DNA of 64,000 nt from an uncultured cyanobacterium (GCA_963710605.1 CAVQBA010000005.1:192001-256000); one strand, 5' to 3'; shown: positions 15,534 to 26,339, counted from the first letter of the stretch. Numbers and translations are program-made. The notes: generated by a model not told the origin, from the sequence alone.

Positions 15534-15791
15534 TAAATTGTAGAAATAACTACAAATAGCTATCTGCTCAAAATAAATAGCTAGAAGCTATTATTACAGT
15601 ACGATCGATTTACAGGGCTGTTTCATTCACGTTCACCGAAAATAGCTATCTGCTCAAAATAAATAGCTATCTGCTATTTATACATACAATTCAAAATAAA
15701 TAGCTAGAAGCTATTATTACAGTACGATCGATCGATTTAGTTACATGATCTTTTTACCAAAAAATCAAGGGTTTAAAGCCCCGAATCTCCC

Positions 15792-15957
15792 CAGGGCTGA
15801 TTCATTCTCGGAAGAGCAAAATAGCTAGAAGCTATTATTACTATACGATCGAGTGATTTGATTACATTGTCTTTTTATTATGAGAAAAAAACTGCGTTCT
15901 ATTTACGGCTATTTCTTAGTTGTAGAAATTACAAAATTTAAGAATGAAACAGCCCTG
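15792..15957. mobile_element. MITE with CAGGGCTG(T/A)TTCATTC termini (ISAs1-like ends); partial copies at 15540-15760
   Basis: Inverted termini cagggctgattcattc / gaatgaaacagccctg; inverted copy at 20810-20964; repeated AAATAGCTAGAAGCTATTATTAC blocks. Confidence 0.65.
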
Positions 15958-16398
15958 CCCTTATAAAGGGGCTAGGGGGGCAAAATAAAGTATTGTAAAT
16001 TTACTCACCAGATATGTGTACACGGTAGCTTTGGCTTTAGGGGATATAGAGGTATCAATATGTACCTCATCATACTAACAATTGCAATTGTCTCAACCAA
16101 AACTAAGTAGCTCAAACTAAATAAGCACACATTTTGTAATTACCCCTAAAAGGCTTTGAAACGCTATTAAGATGATGGCTAAAGCCGTCACTACAAACTA
16201 AAGCTGTTTATCGTTTAATTAAGTGGGGTTACTTAATATAGATAGCAACATAAGAATTAGTTAGGACGTTTTTTTATCTATGTACAACCCCTCTTTCATC
16301 TCCCCTTCCAAAGAGGAGACTTTAATCGATAAAAATCTTAATCTTACTTCGTACTGCTATATCAATCAACTCAAATTTTTAGTAATTAGTAAATAACC

Positions 16399-18612
16399 AT
16401 GTTATGTCATCTTTTAATTAGTCTTCCAGAAACCGATAAGTCAAATTTAATTCAAAAGTTACAACAATTAAAAAAATATAAGGTTATTTCTTGTAATAAC
16501 ATTTATCAACAACTTGACCCAAATAAAAGTATTTTAGAGTCTCGCTTAGAAATTGAAGCAGAAGTAATTAAACAAATAGAAGAAGCGATTGCTAATAATA
16601 CACCAGTAATTTATGATTCTTTTTACCTCAAAAGAGTTTGGCGAATGGATTTTTTTAATCGAGTCAAAGAAAGAATACCTAAATCGATCGAATGGTTTGG
16701 ATGGTATTTTAAATTTGACGATCGAAAGTATAACGAATTCTATCTCAAACATGAAAATATATTTAAAACAATTCCCCCCATTGAAAGACTACCTGAAATT
16801 AAAAAGAAACTATTATCCCTTAGTAAAGCAGAAGGCTTTGTCGAAATTTGCGAAATAAAAAATGAAAAAAATATTAAATTATCTAATAAAGATCGAGAAA
16901 AAATAATTAATTTTAATGTTGACAAATTTATCCTGTCTCAAAAAAGAAGTAAGAGTAAAACTTCTGTTTTTCACCGTTATTCAAAATTAATTGATTTCAA
17001 TCGATTAATGCATTTGATTAGTTTGTTAATTCATTATCCTGCTCTTGGTAATTTGCAATTTGAACATCCAAAAATGATTAAAAAAATATTTGGAGAAGAA
17101 AAAACATTTACTGATTCTATAGATGAAATTACAGCTATTATGGCTCAGTTAAAAGGTAAAATTTATGCCGAACGAAATTTAATTACCGAAGACTTAAACT
17201 TTTTAGAATCTCATCAATTTCTTTATGATAATCAAGATTTGGTAGTACAAGATAAACCGATAACAGTAGAGAAGATTGAATATGACGATTATTTTTTTAC
17301 TCATTATGCTTCAAACATAGATGCTTTTGAGCGAATATTAACAACCTTAAAATTTATTAGTTTAAATCCATTTATAGATACTGAAAAATTGACCCTTGTC
17401 AATCCCGATAGTTTTGAAAAACTAAGTGAAGCGATCCAGTCTTCTCATCTAAGTCAAAAAGATAAAGACAAAAAACAAAATTTGTTAAAAGGTACTCTTC
17501 CTCGATTTACTTACAAACTAATGGAATATAAAGAAGAGCTAAATAAAAAACATATTGAGAATGAAGAACTCGATTATAATCAAGAACTCGATCGTAATTA
17601 TTGGTTTAAGAGACTATATAATTTATTAGAGTGTCGTGATAATTTACGGAAAGATTTTCAATTAATTATTCATCCCTATCAAGTTTTTCCTCATCAAACT
17701 ATGCGTAAAGGTTATTTTTTCGGTACAGGTATTTTAACCGAACAAGAATTAAAACAAGCTTTTGATTTAGTTAGAAACCAAGCAAATGACATTGACGATC
17801 CTCTCGCAACTGAGTTTTCTAACAAGTTTCAGCAAATTCTTGAAACTACTAAATTACTAAATAAATCTTCATATTACTCCTCAAAAGCGATCGCTAATAG
17901 TTTGATTGTTGATTATACTGAAGTAGGCAAAGAAGCTTTGTGTCACGAATATAAGCAGAAAGAAATCATAAATGCGATCGAAAATCATCATTTAGTAAAA
18001 TTAGGAAAATACCACGATCGAGGTAAATATGCCGAAGAAGAAGAGATAGGAGAAGCATGGTTGTTACAATTAGTTTTTTATGATATTGCTTGGTATTTAG
18101 CTTTTGAACGCCGTGCGGATAAATGGATATTTTTAGAGAGATTAGATCGCTTGTATTGTACAGATTTCAACGTAACAAATAGTGACAATAGATCTTTTAG
18201 TGACCAGAAGAATAGTTTTAATAATCTAAATAAACTACTCAATGCCAGTGCGGGAATTTTTCTAGGTTTTTCAGTAGAAGAGCAAAAGAAATTTTTACAA
18301 AACAATAGTCAAAAAGATGTCATGGTTACAGTTGAATTATGGTTTAAGCAATCAGCTTTTGTTTTTATTAAAGAAGGTACTAAACGTTATCCTAAAGTAA
18401 ATATGAAGATTGAAGAAAACAAGACAGGAGATAAAGATTTTCCTCATCTTTTTAAAGTACAACTACCAAAATGGTCGCTCAGAGAATTTAATTTTAAAAA
18501 ATGGATTTTAGGTTTCGGAGAAGCTGTAAAGGTTGTTGAACCAGAAGAATTAAAAGAGGACATAATTAAAATTGCCACAGGAACTTTAAAAGCTAATCAA
18601 AAAAATAATTAA
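16399..18612 (+). CDS. WYL-domain transcriptional regulator with a degenerate N-terminal P-loop (AAA_33-like) domain
   Basis: LQLVFYDIAWYLAFE...LERLDRL (WYL) and C-terminal KKWILGFGEAVKVVEPEELK (WCX); N-terminal LISLPETDKS in place of the usual LIGxPGSGKS. Confidence 0.88.
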   Translation: MLCHLLISLPETDKSNLIQKLQQLKKYKVISCNNIYQQLDPNKSILESRLEIEAEVIKQIEEAIANNTPVIYDSFYLKRVWRMDFFNRVKERIPKSIEWFGWYFKFDDRKYNEFYLKHENIFKTIPPIERLPEIKKKLLSLSKAEGFVEICEIKNEKNIKLSNKDREKIINFNVDKFILSQKRSKSKTSVFHRYSKLIDFNRLMHLISLLIHYPALGNLQFEHPKMIKKIFGEEKTFTDSIDEITAIMAQLKGKIYAERNLITEDLNFLESHQFLYDNQDLVVQDKPITVEKIEYDDYFFTHYASNIDAFERILTTLKFISLNPFIDTEKLTLVNPDSFEKLSEAIQSSHLSQKDKDKKQNLLKGTLPRFTYKLMEYKEELNKKHIENEELDYNQELDRNYWFKRLYNLLECRDNLRKDFQLIIHPYQVFPHQTMRKGYFFGTGILTEQELKQAFDLVRNQANDIDDPLATEFSNKFQQILETTKLLNKSSYYSSKAIANSLIVDYTEVGKEALCHEYKQKEIINAIENHHLVKLGKYHDRGKYAEEEEIGEAWLLQLVFYDIAWYLAFERRADKWIFLERLDRLYCTDFNVTNSDNRSFSDQKNSFNNLNKLLNASAGIFLGFSVEEQKKFLQNNSQKDVMVTVELWFKQSAFVFIKEGTKRYPKVNMKIEENKTGDKDFPHLFKVQLPKWSLREFNFKKWILGFGEAVKVVEPEELKEDIIKIATGTLKANQKNN

Positions 18613-18789
18613 GATTCATTTTATCTCTATACGATCCAGACTTTTTCTCGTGCGATCGCTTTTTAGAACGGCTCAAATCAATACCAGTAAAAGCTCCTAA
18701 GTTTATTGTGTCAGCGATCCAGTTAAAATAAACTTTTTATATTTTATTTATTCATTTGTTGTTCGCATCAAATAAATACAGAACCTCTA

Positions 18790-18890
18790 TTTTATTGACG
18801 ATACTAGTTTTGTACAGATTGAGGGGGGAGATAAAGTTTAGTTTATAACATTATTAGTCGAAGAGGAGATTTTTCTCCTCTTTTTTTTTC
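18790..18890 (+). ncRNA. Candidate ~100-nt small RNA between a TTGTTCGCA promoter motif and an intrinsic terminator
   Basis: Motif at 18759-18767, TATTTT about 20 nt later, no ORF, terminator at 18862-18889. Confidence 0.35.
18862..18889 (+). terminator. Intrinsic terminator
   Basis: AGAGGAGA-TTTT-TCTCCTCT followed by a T-run. Confidence 0.75.
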
Positions 18891-19099
18891 GATCGTATGA
18901 TTATCATCAATCTTCCTATTGACAAATCTTTTATTCCCTTCACTTGACGAACATTTAAAAATAACAATTATCAAAACGATCGATCATTTTAGTTGTTCGC
19001 ATGAGAAAAATTTATTTTTTAATTATACTTGTCACAATTAATTTATGAAGTTCAAGAGCAAAATCAAACTCGTCCAAACAAATTGTTTCTACCAAATTT

Positions 19100-19573
19100 A
19101 TGAGTAAGTCATCAAGAAAACTAAAGAAAGTTTACAGTCATAAGTTGACTCTTTTTTGTCTGTTACCTCTTCTACTTGGAGGACTAATTTATATTTTATT
19201 TCGCCCCAACACTTTATTAATGTTTCATTGGTTTGAGTTGATGAGTATTGGCGATGAAGTAGAAATAGCGAGAAAAATTTTTGCTCCACTATATCCATTT
19301 ATTCCCGAACCAATTATTTTTAGTTTACCTTTTGCTTTATGGTCATTTTCTTTGGCATGGTTTTTAGAACTTGTTTGGAATCAAAATAACAACAAGAAAT
19401 TAAGCGATCGTATTTTTTGGTTAACTTTAATTATTTCTTTAGGCTTAGAATGCCTTCCCCACTTCTATCAAAGTTTGGGGTGGTTTTGTGTTGATGATGT
19501 GATGTGGATTTTTATTTCACTAGTTTTGTTCAAAATAATTAGGAGTGTAGAAAATGATTGGAAAATTCAATAG
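19100..19573 (+). CDS. Four-TM membrane protein of unknown function
   Basis: Hydrophobic segments LPLLLGGLIYILFR, SLPFALWSFSLAWF, and others; TTGTTCGCA at 18993-19001 upstream. Confidence 0.75.
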   Translation: MSKSSRKLKKVYSHKLTLFCLLPLLLGGLIYILFRPNTLLMFHWFELMSIGDEVEIARKIFAPLYPFIPEPIIFSLPFALWSFSLAWFLELVWNQNNNKKLSDRIFWLTLIISLGLECLPHFYQSLGWFCVDDVMWIFISLVLFKIIRSVENDWKIQ

Positions 19574-20229
19574 AATACGAACATTAGTAATGTTCTTCGG
19601 TTTAACTTTATTCGCAGTTTTAGCTGTTGGTTCAACTGATTCTGTTCGCTAACATTGATAATTTTACTCAAAAATCACAACAAATTTCAAATTTATTTGA
19701 TTCGATCCAACAATTATCCGATACAACTATAACATCGGTTGACGAAGGTTACCAAGATTTAGGTACTTATATTCAAGAAAAGAATATCTCTAATCAAACA
19801 ATTCAGTTAGTGGAGGCAAAGTATGAACAAATGAGTAGTAGCTTTGACGAGCTTAAATCAACTCTTAACAAGGTAGAAAATGAGGCAAATACTTTATTTC
19901 GATTACTCAGAAAAAGAGCTCGTGAGAGTACTGACACTAATTTGAGAGAAAAAATGATTTTTGGTATCAGTGATAAAGAAGCTATTATTCAGGAAAAAAT
20001 CTCAATCGTTAAGCAAGTTTTAAGTGAAATAAGTCTTTCAATACAAAATTATGACAACATTCTCGGTTACATTCAAGTAACGACTATTACCGAGCAAACT
20101 GGTAATCAAATTCTGGGTGATATTAATTTAATTCTTGAAAAATCTCAGTTACTTCGGGCTAACATTAGACAGTCGATGGAGGATGCAAAACAAATTATTC
20201 AAGTATGGATCAACTATAACAATTATTAG
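19554..20229 (+). CDS. Secreted or membrane-anchored coiled-coil protein (apparent +1 frameshift at ~19640)
   Basis: RBS AGGAG at 19541; ATG at 19554 gives MIGKFNRIRTLVMFFGLTLFAVLAVGST; removing one T from GATTC (19638-19642) joins it to the 200-aa ORF. Confidence 0.65.
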
Positions 20230-20809
20230 TACGATCGAGTACATTTGGATCCCCAGCTCATCCCCCGCGGTTTCGGGGGACTTGCAAATAATTAATCTTA
20301 ATTAAATAGACTGTATCTTTTAGTGGTGGGCAATGTCCACCTTTTTTTTTATGATCTTGTAGTAAGGGCTGAAGCCCTTATTTTTGCAATTGTTAAAAGA
20401 TGTCTATCATCATGACTAAAATTGTAATTTTGTCGATCGCTAAATTAGTTACTATTTTGGGCTAATTGGATCTTTACTAACACGGCTTCGATCGACTGAT
20501 TTTCTTTGATTTATGACTATGGTGTCAGCGATCCAGTAAATTCTTATATTTAACTAAATCTGAAAATATTTACTAATAAAAATAGCTTAAAAGTTAATTA
20601 AAACAATAAATTTAGATCGATATCATACCAATTCAAATGAAGGAAAATAACAGTTATTTTGAGTAAGTCCAAAAAGTGAAAAGTGAAACATTTTTTATCT
20701 TCCCTCATGATTGGGGGATAAAAGGGGGAAGAAATTAGTGGCGAATTATATGTAGCTGTAAATGAATTGTTTTGAACAGTTGAATCAGACTTCCTCTCCT
20801 TTGAAGAAG

Positions 20810-20964
20810 CAGGGCTGTTTCATGTCTTATTTTTGTAATTTCTACAACTAAGAAATAGCAGTAAATAGATCGCAGTTTTTTCTAATAGTAAAAAGATCAT
20901 GTAACTAAATCGATCGATCGTATAGTAATAATAGCTTCTAGCTATTTTCTTCTTCCGAGAATCA
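20810..20964. mobile_element. Second, inverted and partly truncated copy of the 15792-15957 MITE
   Basis: Starts CAGGGCTGTTTCAT; body is the reverse complement of 15800-15950. Confidence 0.65.
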
Positions 20965-20994
20965 AGTTCCCCTCCTTTGAAGGAGGGGTTAGGG

Positions 20995-22249
20995 CTTACC
21001 CCACCACATACAAATTTTAATTATATAATAAGCTATAATTTATTGACCGTCAATATTATAACTACTATATCGAGATGGAATTAAAAGATAAAACTTGGCA
21101 AAAACCTTTTCAGTCAATTTCTTCACTATTTTCACTCTCAAGGAAAAACTTGTTCTCGTAATATTGCACTTGTTAGTTTAAGTCTACTTCAATTCTCTTA
21201 CCGCTAACACTTATGCTATTGCACGTGGTTTATCTTCTCTCACAGACAAAAGTTTTAATTCTTGCGAAAAAAGAGTCAATCGTTTTTTCGATAGTCAATA
21301 TTTTCAAATTGACGATAATTTATTTCGTTCTCATAAAAATTTTATCTTTTCCGCTCTCGAAGAAATGAATTTAATTTCTTCAAAAAAACCTATTTTTATT
21401 AATGTTGATTTTACAACAAAACAAGATAATTTTTTGATATTATCTGCATCTATTCCTTTTATGAAAAGAGGTATACCGTTGTTTTTTACTATGCGTAACT
21501 ATCCTCAAAAAGCTGGTCAGTTAGATCAGAAAAAAATGGAGTTAGCTTTTATTAAGGGATTGAAGCACTTATTACCTAAGAAATATCAATATGTTATCGT
21601 TGCTGACCGAGGTTTTTGTACACAAAGATTTCTTCAATTGTGTTTGGATCATAATTTTAATTTTATTATTCGTGCTATCACTAATTTAAATCTCAATTTT
21701 AAAGGATTAAAAACGCTCTTTAAAGAAAATATCGCAAGGTAAATTAGACATAACTAATGCCTATATTCCTTCGTGGAATATGAAGCTCTCGATTAATTAC
21801 TAATCAAGAAAAAGAAAAAACATGGAAATTATTTACTAGCCTAAACATTAAAAATAAATCCATAATTTGCCAATATCAAGAACGCTTTAATATAGAGAAG
21901 ATGTTTCAAGATCAAAAATCTTCTTTATTTGACATAGAATCAACTCAAATTAAGAAATATTCGCTCGTTTAAAAAGCTTTACTACATAGTTAACTTAGTT
22001 CAAGCATTAATGATGTTAATGGGCTATTTCATGTCAGAAAAAATGCCCAAGATTAAAAAAAAATATCCAATTCAAAGCGAAATGATTTTTCCATTATCCA
22101 GCAAGTTAGGTTATTAGTCTCTAATTTCGGTACTATTTTCAAGCGTTTATTTAATTTATTTTTTAACCGACTCAACGATCGAATTAAAGATAAATATTAT
22201 CGATATTCTTCTTTTTTTACATAGCTATTTTTATATGTGGTGGGGTAAG
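20995..22249 (+). mobile_element. IS4-family insertion sequence with a fragmented transposase
   Basis: TIRs CTTACCCCACCACATA / TATGTGGTGGGGTAAG; 10-bp TSD GGGGTTAGGG at 20985-20994 and 22250-22259; DDE fragments (INVDFTT, VIVADRGF, RFNIEKMFQDQKS). Confidence 0.88.
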
Positions 22250-22522
22250 GGGGTTAGGGGTGGTAGAGATGTCCTAATCTTACTTCCTACTACTATATAT
22301 AGTCTGTATCTTATCAAACTGAGAATTACTGTAAATGAAGACTTAAAAATGATCGCTCAATATTATCTTACTAGATTTTTAAGTCTTTTTGTACTATTTA
22401 CTTGTTCGCACAAAAGCAATGTAAATTTGCCTAAGTTCAAGATAATTTGTAATTACCTCAATTAAAAGTGCTAAGTCATTTTAGCGATTGAGGTATCAAG
22501 TCAATTTATCAAATAACAATTT

Positions 22523-23735
22523 ATGTCTAATAAAGAAAGGAATAAATTCAAAGATATTTTACCTACCTTCATCGCATTTTTTGAAAAAGAACGTGGAGGA
22601 TTACGCATTAATGCTCGTACAGGTAATCTAGAAACAGGAGATGGTCAAGAACTACAAAATACTAATCATATAGGTGCTATTTTAATGTTTGAGGCAGAGA
22701 TAAATATTTCTGACAAAATTATCAACCGTATTCTTTGCTACATCAGAAAAAACTCACCCGATCGTCATTACGAATCCCGTATTTAACTATCTCAAATCTG
22801 TACAGAGTTTAGGAATTAAATCTGATTGGCTTAAAGGTAAAGCAAAGAAATGGTTGGGTTTAGAAAGCGAACTAGACCAAAAATATTTTGAATTAACTCT
22901 AGTTGCCGCTGTCGCACGGGCTATTCAACCTGGATGTAAAAAAGATGAAATATGGGTTTTACATGGAGAACAAGGTATTGGTAAATCAACATTTTGTCGA
23001 GCTTTAGTTCCCGATAACAAATTGTTCACAGACTGCATCGAATGGGAAAAGTTTAATCAAGATACGAAAAGACAATTAAATCGAAACTGGATTGTGGAAT
23101 GCCCTGAAATAAGTACTATAAACAAACCTAATAAGCTAAAACAGTTTTTGACAACTCAGGTAGATGAATTTCGACAATGGTGGACTCCTGATTTTGTGGT
23201 TTTACCACGTCGATCGATTATCATCGGTACAACTAACGATCAAGATTTACTTACCGACGTAACAGGAAACCGACGTTTTTGGATTTCATCTATTCCCCGA
23301 AACTTTACTATTCCGATAGAGGATATTGACAACTGTCGAGATGATATGTGGTGTGCCGCAATCGATCTTTTTAATCAATTATCCCAAACGAAAGAAAAAT
23401 GGAGTTTACCTGCCGACTTAGAATCCGAGCAAAAAATTCGTAATAAAATATTTTCTCCTGATAATCATTTAAAATTTACGGTACAAAAATATTTACTCGA
23501 GATGTTTAACAAACATCTTAAAGAAGATAATGATAAAGATTCTTTTTTCACGAGTGTCTATCAAATTCGTAATAGTTTATTTGATTCCTCATCTAATAAA
23601 TTAGATAAACAAATAACCAAAATATTACGGGAATTGGGTTTTAGATGTACGGGAGAAAGAATGCGTCTTTCTGGAATACCTATTCGTACTTGGAAGCCTT
23701 ACTGTTTTGATTGGATTGATGCGGAAACAAAATAA
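22523..23735 (+). CDS. VirE/VapE-family P-loop ATPase (apparent +1 frameshift at ~22773)
   Basis: QPGCKKD, LHGEQGIGKST (Walker A), WIVECPE, GTTN...DVTGNRRFW; removing one A from CGAATC fuses the 87-aa and 293-aa ORFs through YDPVFNYL. Confidence 0.85.
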
Positions 23736-23940
23736 TCTTACCTCACTTATTTTTTGAAATACGATCGAACGCCGAAATGAAATTAGTTTTGTTACGGCGT
23801 TTTTTACTGGAGAACTTGATTTAAGTATATTCATCTCTAATTTTTGCTCAATTTAGTTGTTCGCATAGAAACTTTACTAAACAACCGAATATGTCTTTAT
23901 TTTAGAGATAGTAATATTACATCACTTCCAAGAGCTATTT

Positions 23941-25272
23941 ATGATGAGCAAGAGACACAAGCGAAAAAACAATAATCACAACAACAAATCTATTTTATTT
24001 CTACTCGGTCGTATTCCCTATCATATTTTAATCTTAATTCAAAGTCTTTTAATTTGGTGTACTGGTACAACTCGTCGAGAATTACCAGAGCATTTAAGAA
24101 AGCCCTATGCAGGATTGGGAACAATGGCGATCGTTTCTACTAGTCTGGCTACTTTTGGCGGTTATACATTCATTTTAATTTCTTTAGGCTCGCCATTAGG
24201 AGGGATTGTTGGTGGATTAGCCGCAGGTAGTTTTATGTGGGGGATGGATCGTTCTGTGTTAGGATTTCCTACTCCTGTTAATAAAAATTCTAACTCTAAG
24301 TTAAATGGATCGTTTTGGGTCAAATTAACTGTTAATATCGCTTTTTCATCTATCTTAACTGTACCTTTATCTACACTAATGTTGATGGGTGCAGTTCAAG
24401 TAAAAAACATAGAACAAGTAGAAGATAAGATCGAAAAAATTGATATTAAGTTAGATAATAAAGAAATCGCTCTCGCAGAAATTGCCAAAAAATTAGACTA
24501 TTATGACAGCAATTCTCAACTAAGGGTTACTGTTATTGATGGTGAACCAAAACCCAATACACAATTTATAGACGGCCATGAAGCCACCCAACAAACCGAC
24601 GAACAAACCAGAGCTGAAAAACAGCTACTTTTAGAGGAAAAACAAGAATTAAAACAACAAATTACGGCTTACGAAGATGGAGATTTAAGTAAATCATCTT
24701 TAAAATTCCCCGAACAATTCAACCATGTCATGACTGAAGCTCGTTGGACAGATAACGTTCTTAGCTTCTTGTTTTTCACGATAACAGCTTTAATGGGTTC
24801 GGGAGCCGTTTTGATTAAAACCTTTGTCTTTACTGACGATGCCAATAGTAAAAGACTAGAAAGATTGGAAAAAGAAGCAAAGGAAGAAGAACAACTAAAA
24901 TACGTTATGAAGACTTCTGCCAATCAAATTTGCTATTCCGTTTTTAATGCTGAAGCAATGGATGAGGATTTAGGTAATAAGTTAAAAACCATGCAAAAAC
25001 AGTTTGAAACTGAAGTAGTTGAGCTTCATCAATCCTTTTACGACGGACGATTAGCGAAAATGCGGACAAATATCGCCAATCAAGCCGCTGAAGAGAAGAT
25101 TAGTTTGATTAATAATTCAATCAATAATGTTAATTCTCACAATGGTAATACGAAGTACAACGTACCATCTAATAAATCCTCTTTTAACGGCGTTAAGAGT
25201 AGCCATAATGGTCAGTCTGATGTTGCGACAGAGAATGACATCATCAACTTTCTGAATAACACTAAGAAGTAA
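23941..25272 (+). CDS. DUF4407-like membrane and coiled-coil protein
   Basis: LIWCTG...YAGLG...GSFMWGMDRSV TM pattern, extended coiled coil, further TM and coiled tail; family call is from memory. Confidence 0.6.
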   Translation: MMSKRHKRKNNNHNNKSILFLLGRIPYHILILIQSLLIWCTGTTRRELPEHLRKPYAGLGTMAIVSTSLATFGGYTFILISLGSPLGGIVGGLAAGSFMWGMDRSVLGFPTPVNKNSNSKLNGSFWVKLTVNIAFSSILTVPLSTLMLMGAVQVKNIEQVEDKIEKIDIKLDNKEIALAEIAKKLDYYDSNSQLRVTVIDGEPKPNTQFIDGHEATQQTDEQTRAEKQLLLEEKQELKQQITAYEDGDLSKSSLKFPEQFNHVMTEARWTDNVLSFLFFTITALMGSGAVLIKTFVFTDDANSKRLERLEKEAKEEEQLKYVMKTSANQICYSVFNAEAMDEDLGNKLKTMQKQFETEVVELHQSFYDGRLAKMRTNIANQAAEEKISLINNSINNVNSHNGNTKYNVPSNKSSFNGVKSSHNGQSDVATENDIINFLNNTKK

Positions 25273-25361
25273 ATGCTCCCATCAAGTGTGTTTTACATCA
25301 TCTAAGACACACTTACAGCCAAACTCTAACAACTTATTTATTAACAACAAGGTAAACTAAT

Positions 25362-25928
25362 ATGAAAAACCAAAACAACGACATTCCTTTAACGACGATA
25401 GAAAAAGATAACTCTTCTGCAACTCCAACAATTAACAACTTAGCTCAACAATTTATGGAGCTACAACAAAGTGATAATCTAACTCCCTATCAACAAGGAG
25501 GTTTTGTTCAACGTATTTTTGCGAGTAAGGAAGAAAAGTTACAACGCACACACCAGATGGAAAAAATGATTGCCTACCAAGATTACGAAATGAGAATTGG
25601 TAAAGCTATGTGTGAAGCTAAAGAAAAAGAACTTCAAATGCAAATAGCCTCGGCGTTATCTCAAAAAAGAGTTACTTTAGATTTGCAAACCAAACAATGT
25701 ATTGCTGAAAATTATCAGCGATTTAGCGTTACTATTAACGATCGTCTTGCTGAAGCAGTAAATTTATACTTAAAGGGTTTAAAAGATGCCGAGTTAATTC
25801 CTAACGAAAAAGCTAAACAAAAATTAATTGATTATGCCGAGCAAAAATTTGAGCAAGATTGTCAATTAATGGAGGATTTAGTTGCTGATTTTCTTAAAAA
25901 TGTTTATGCAGATTTAGAGAATCAATAA
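25362..25928 (+). CDS. All-helical coiled-coil hypothetical protein
   Basis: 188-aa ORF with RBS-like AAGG, downstream of the DUF4407-like gene; hairpin at 25284-25313 in the spacer. Confidence 0.75.
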   Translation: MKNQNNDIPLTTIEKDNSSATPTINNLAQQFMELQQSDNLTPYQQGGFVQRIFASKEEKLQRTHQMEKMIAYQDYEMRIGKAMCEAKEKELQMQIASALSQKRVTLDLQTKQCIAENYQRFSVTINDRLAEAVNLYLKGLKDAELIPNEKAKQKLIDYAEQKFEQDCQLMEDLVADFLKNVYADLENQ

Positions 25929-25978
25929 AATCATTTTGGCTTTATTATTACTAAAAAATAAATATTTAAAAACGATCG

Positions 25979-26005
25979 AGACTAGATAATTTCTAGTCTT
26001 TTTTT
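25979..26005 (+). terminator. Intrinsic terminator
   Basis: AGACTAGA-TAATT-TCTAGTCT followed by a T-run. Confidence 0.6.
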
Positions 26006-26339
26006 ATGTTTACTAAAAGGTTAGAAATATAACAGTTATATAAATATTTAAACTAATTAATTTTTTAAGTCTTGCTTTTGAAATTAGTATCGTTCTCCTT
26101 ATATAATATAAATTAGTAAATATATATAGCAATACTAAATCATTTGTGATATATCAAAAAATAGTAAATAAACCTCAAACTTTTAAATATTGTCAATTGT
26201 CAATTGTCAATTGTCAATTTTTCAACACGAAAAATGCTACAACTCAAATAGTATTGCTATAGATGCCGTAAAATACTTTATTAATAATGGATATAGCCGA
26301 ACAAATTCGACGATATTTACCCAGAAACTCGATCGATAC

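Noticed and set aside
22235-22465. 76-aa ORF starting in the IS terminal repeat
   Set aside because: Spans the TIR, TSD and the VirE promoter region; no recognisable features
23805-23815. TACTGGAGAAC, an 11-bp match to the type III repeat
   Set aside because: Too short and lacks the GGAAAC handle; no support for an orphan repeat or crRNA-like element
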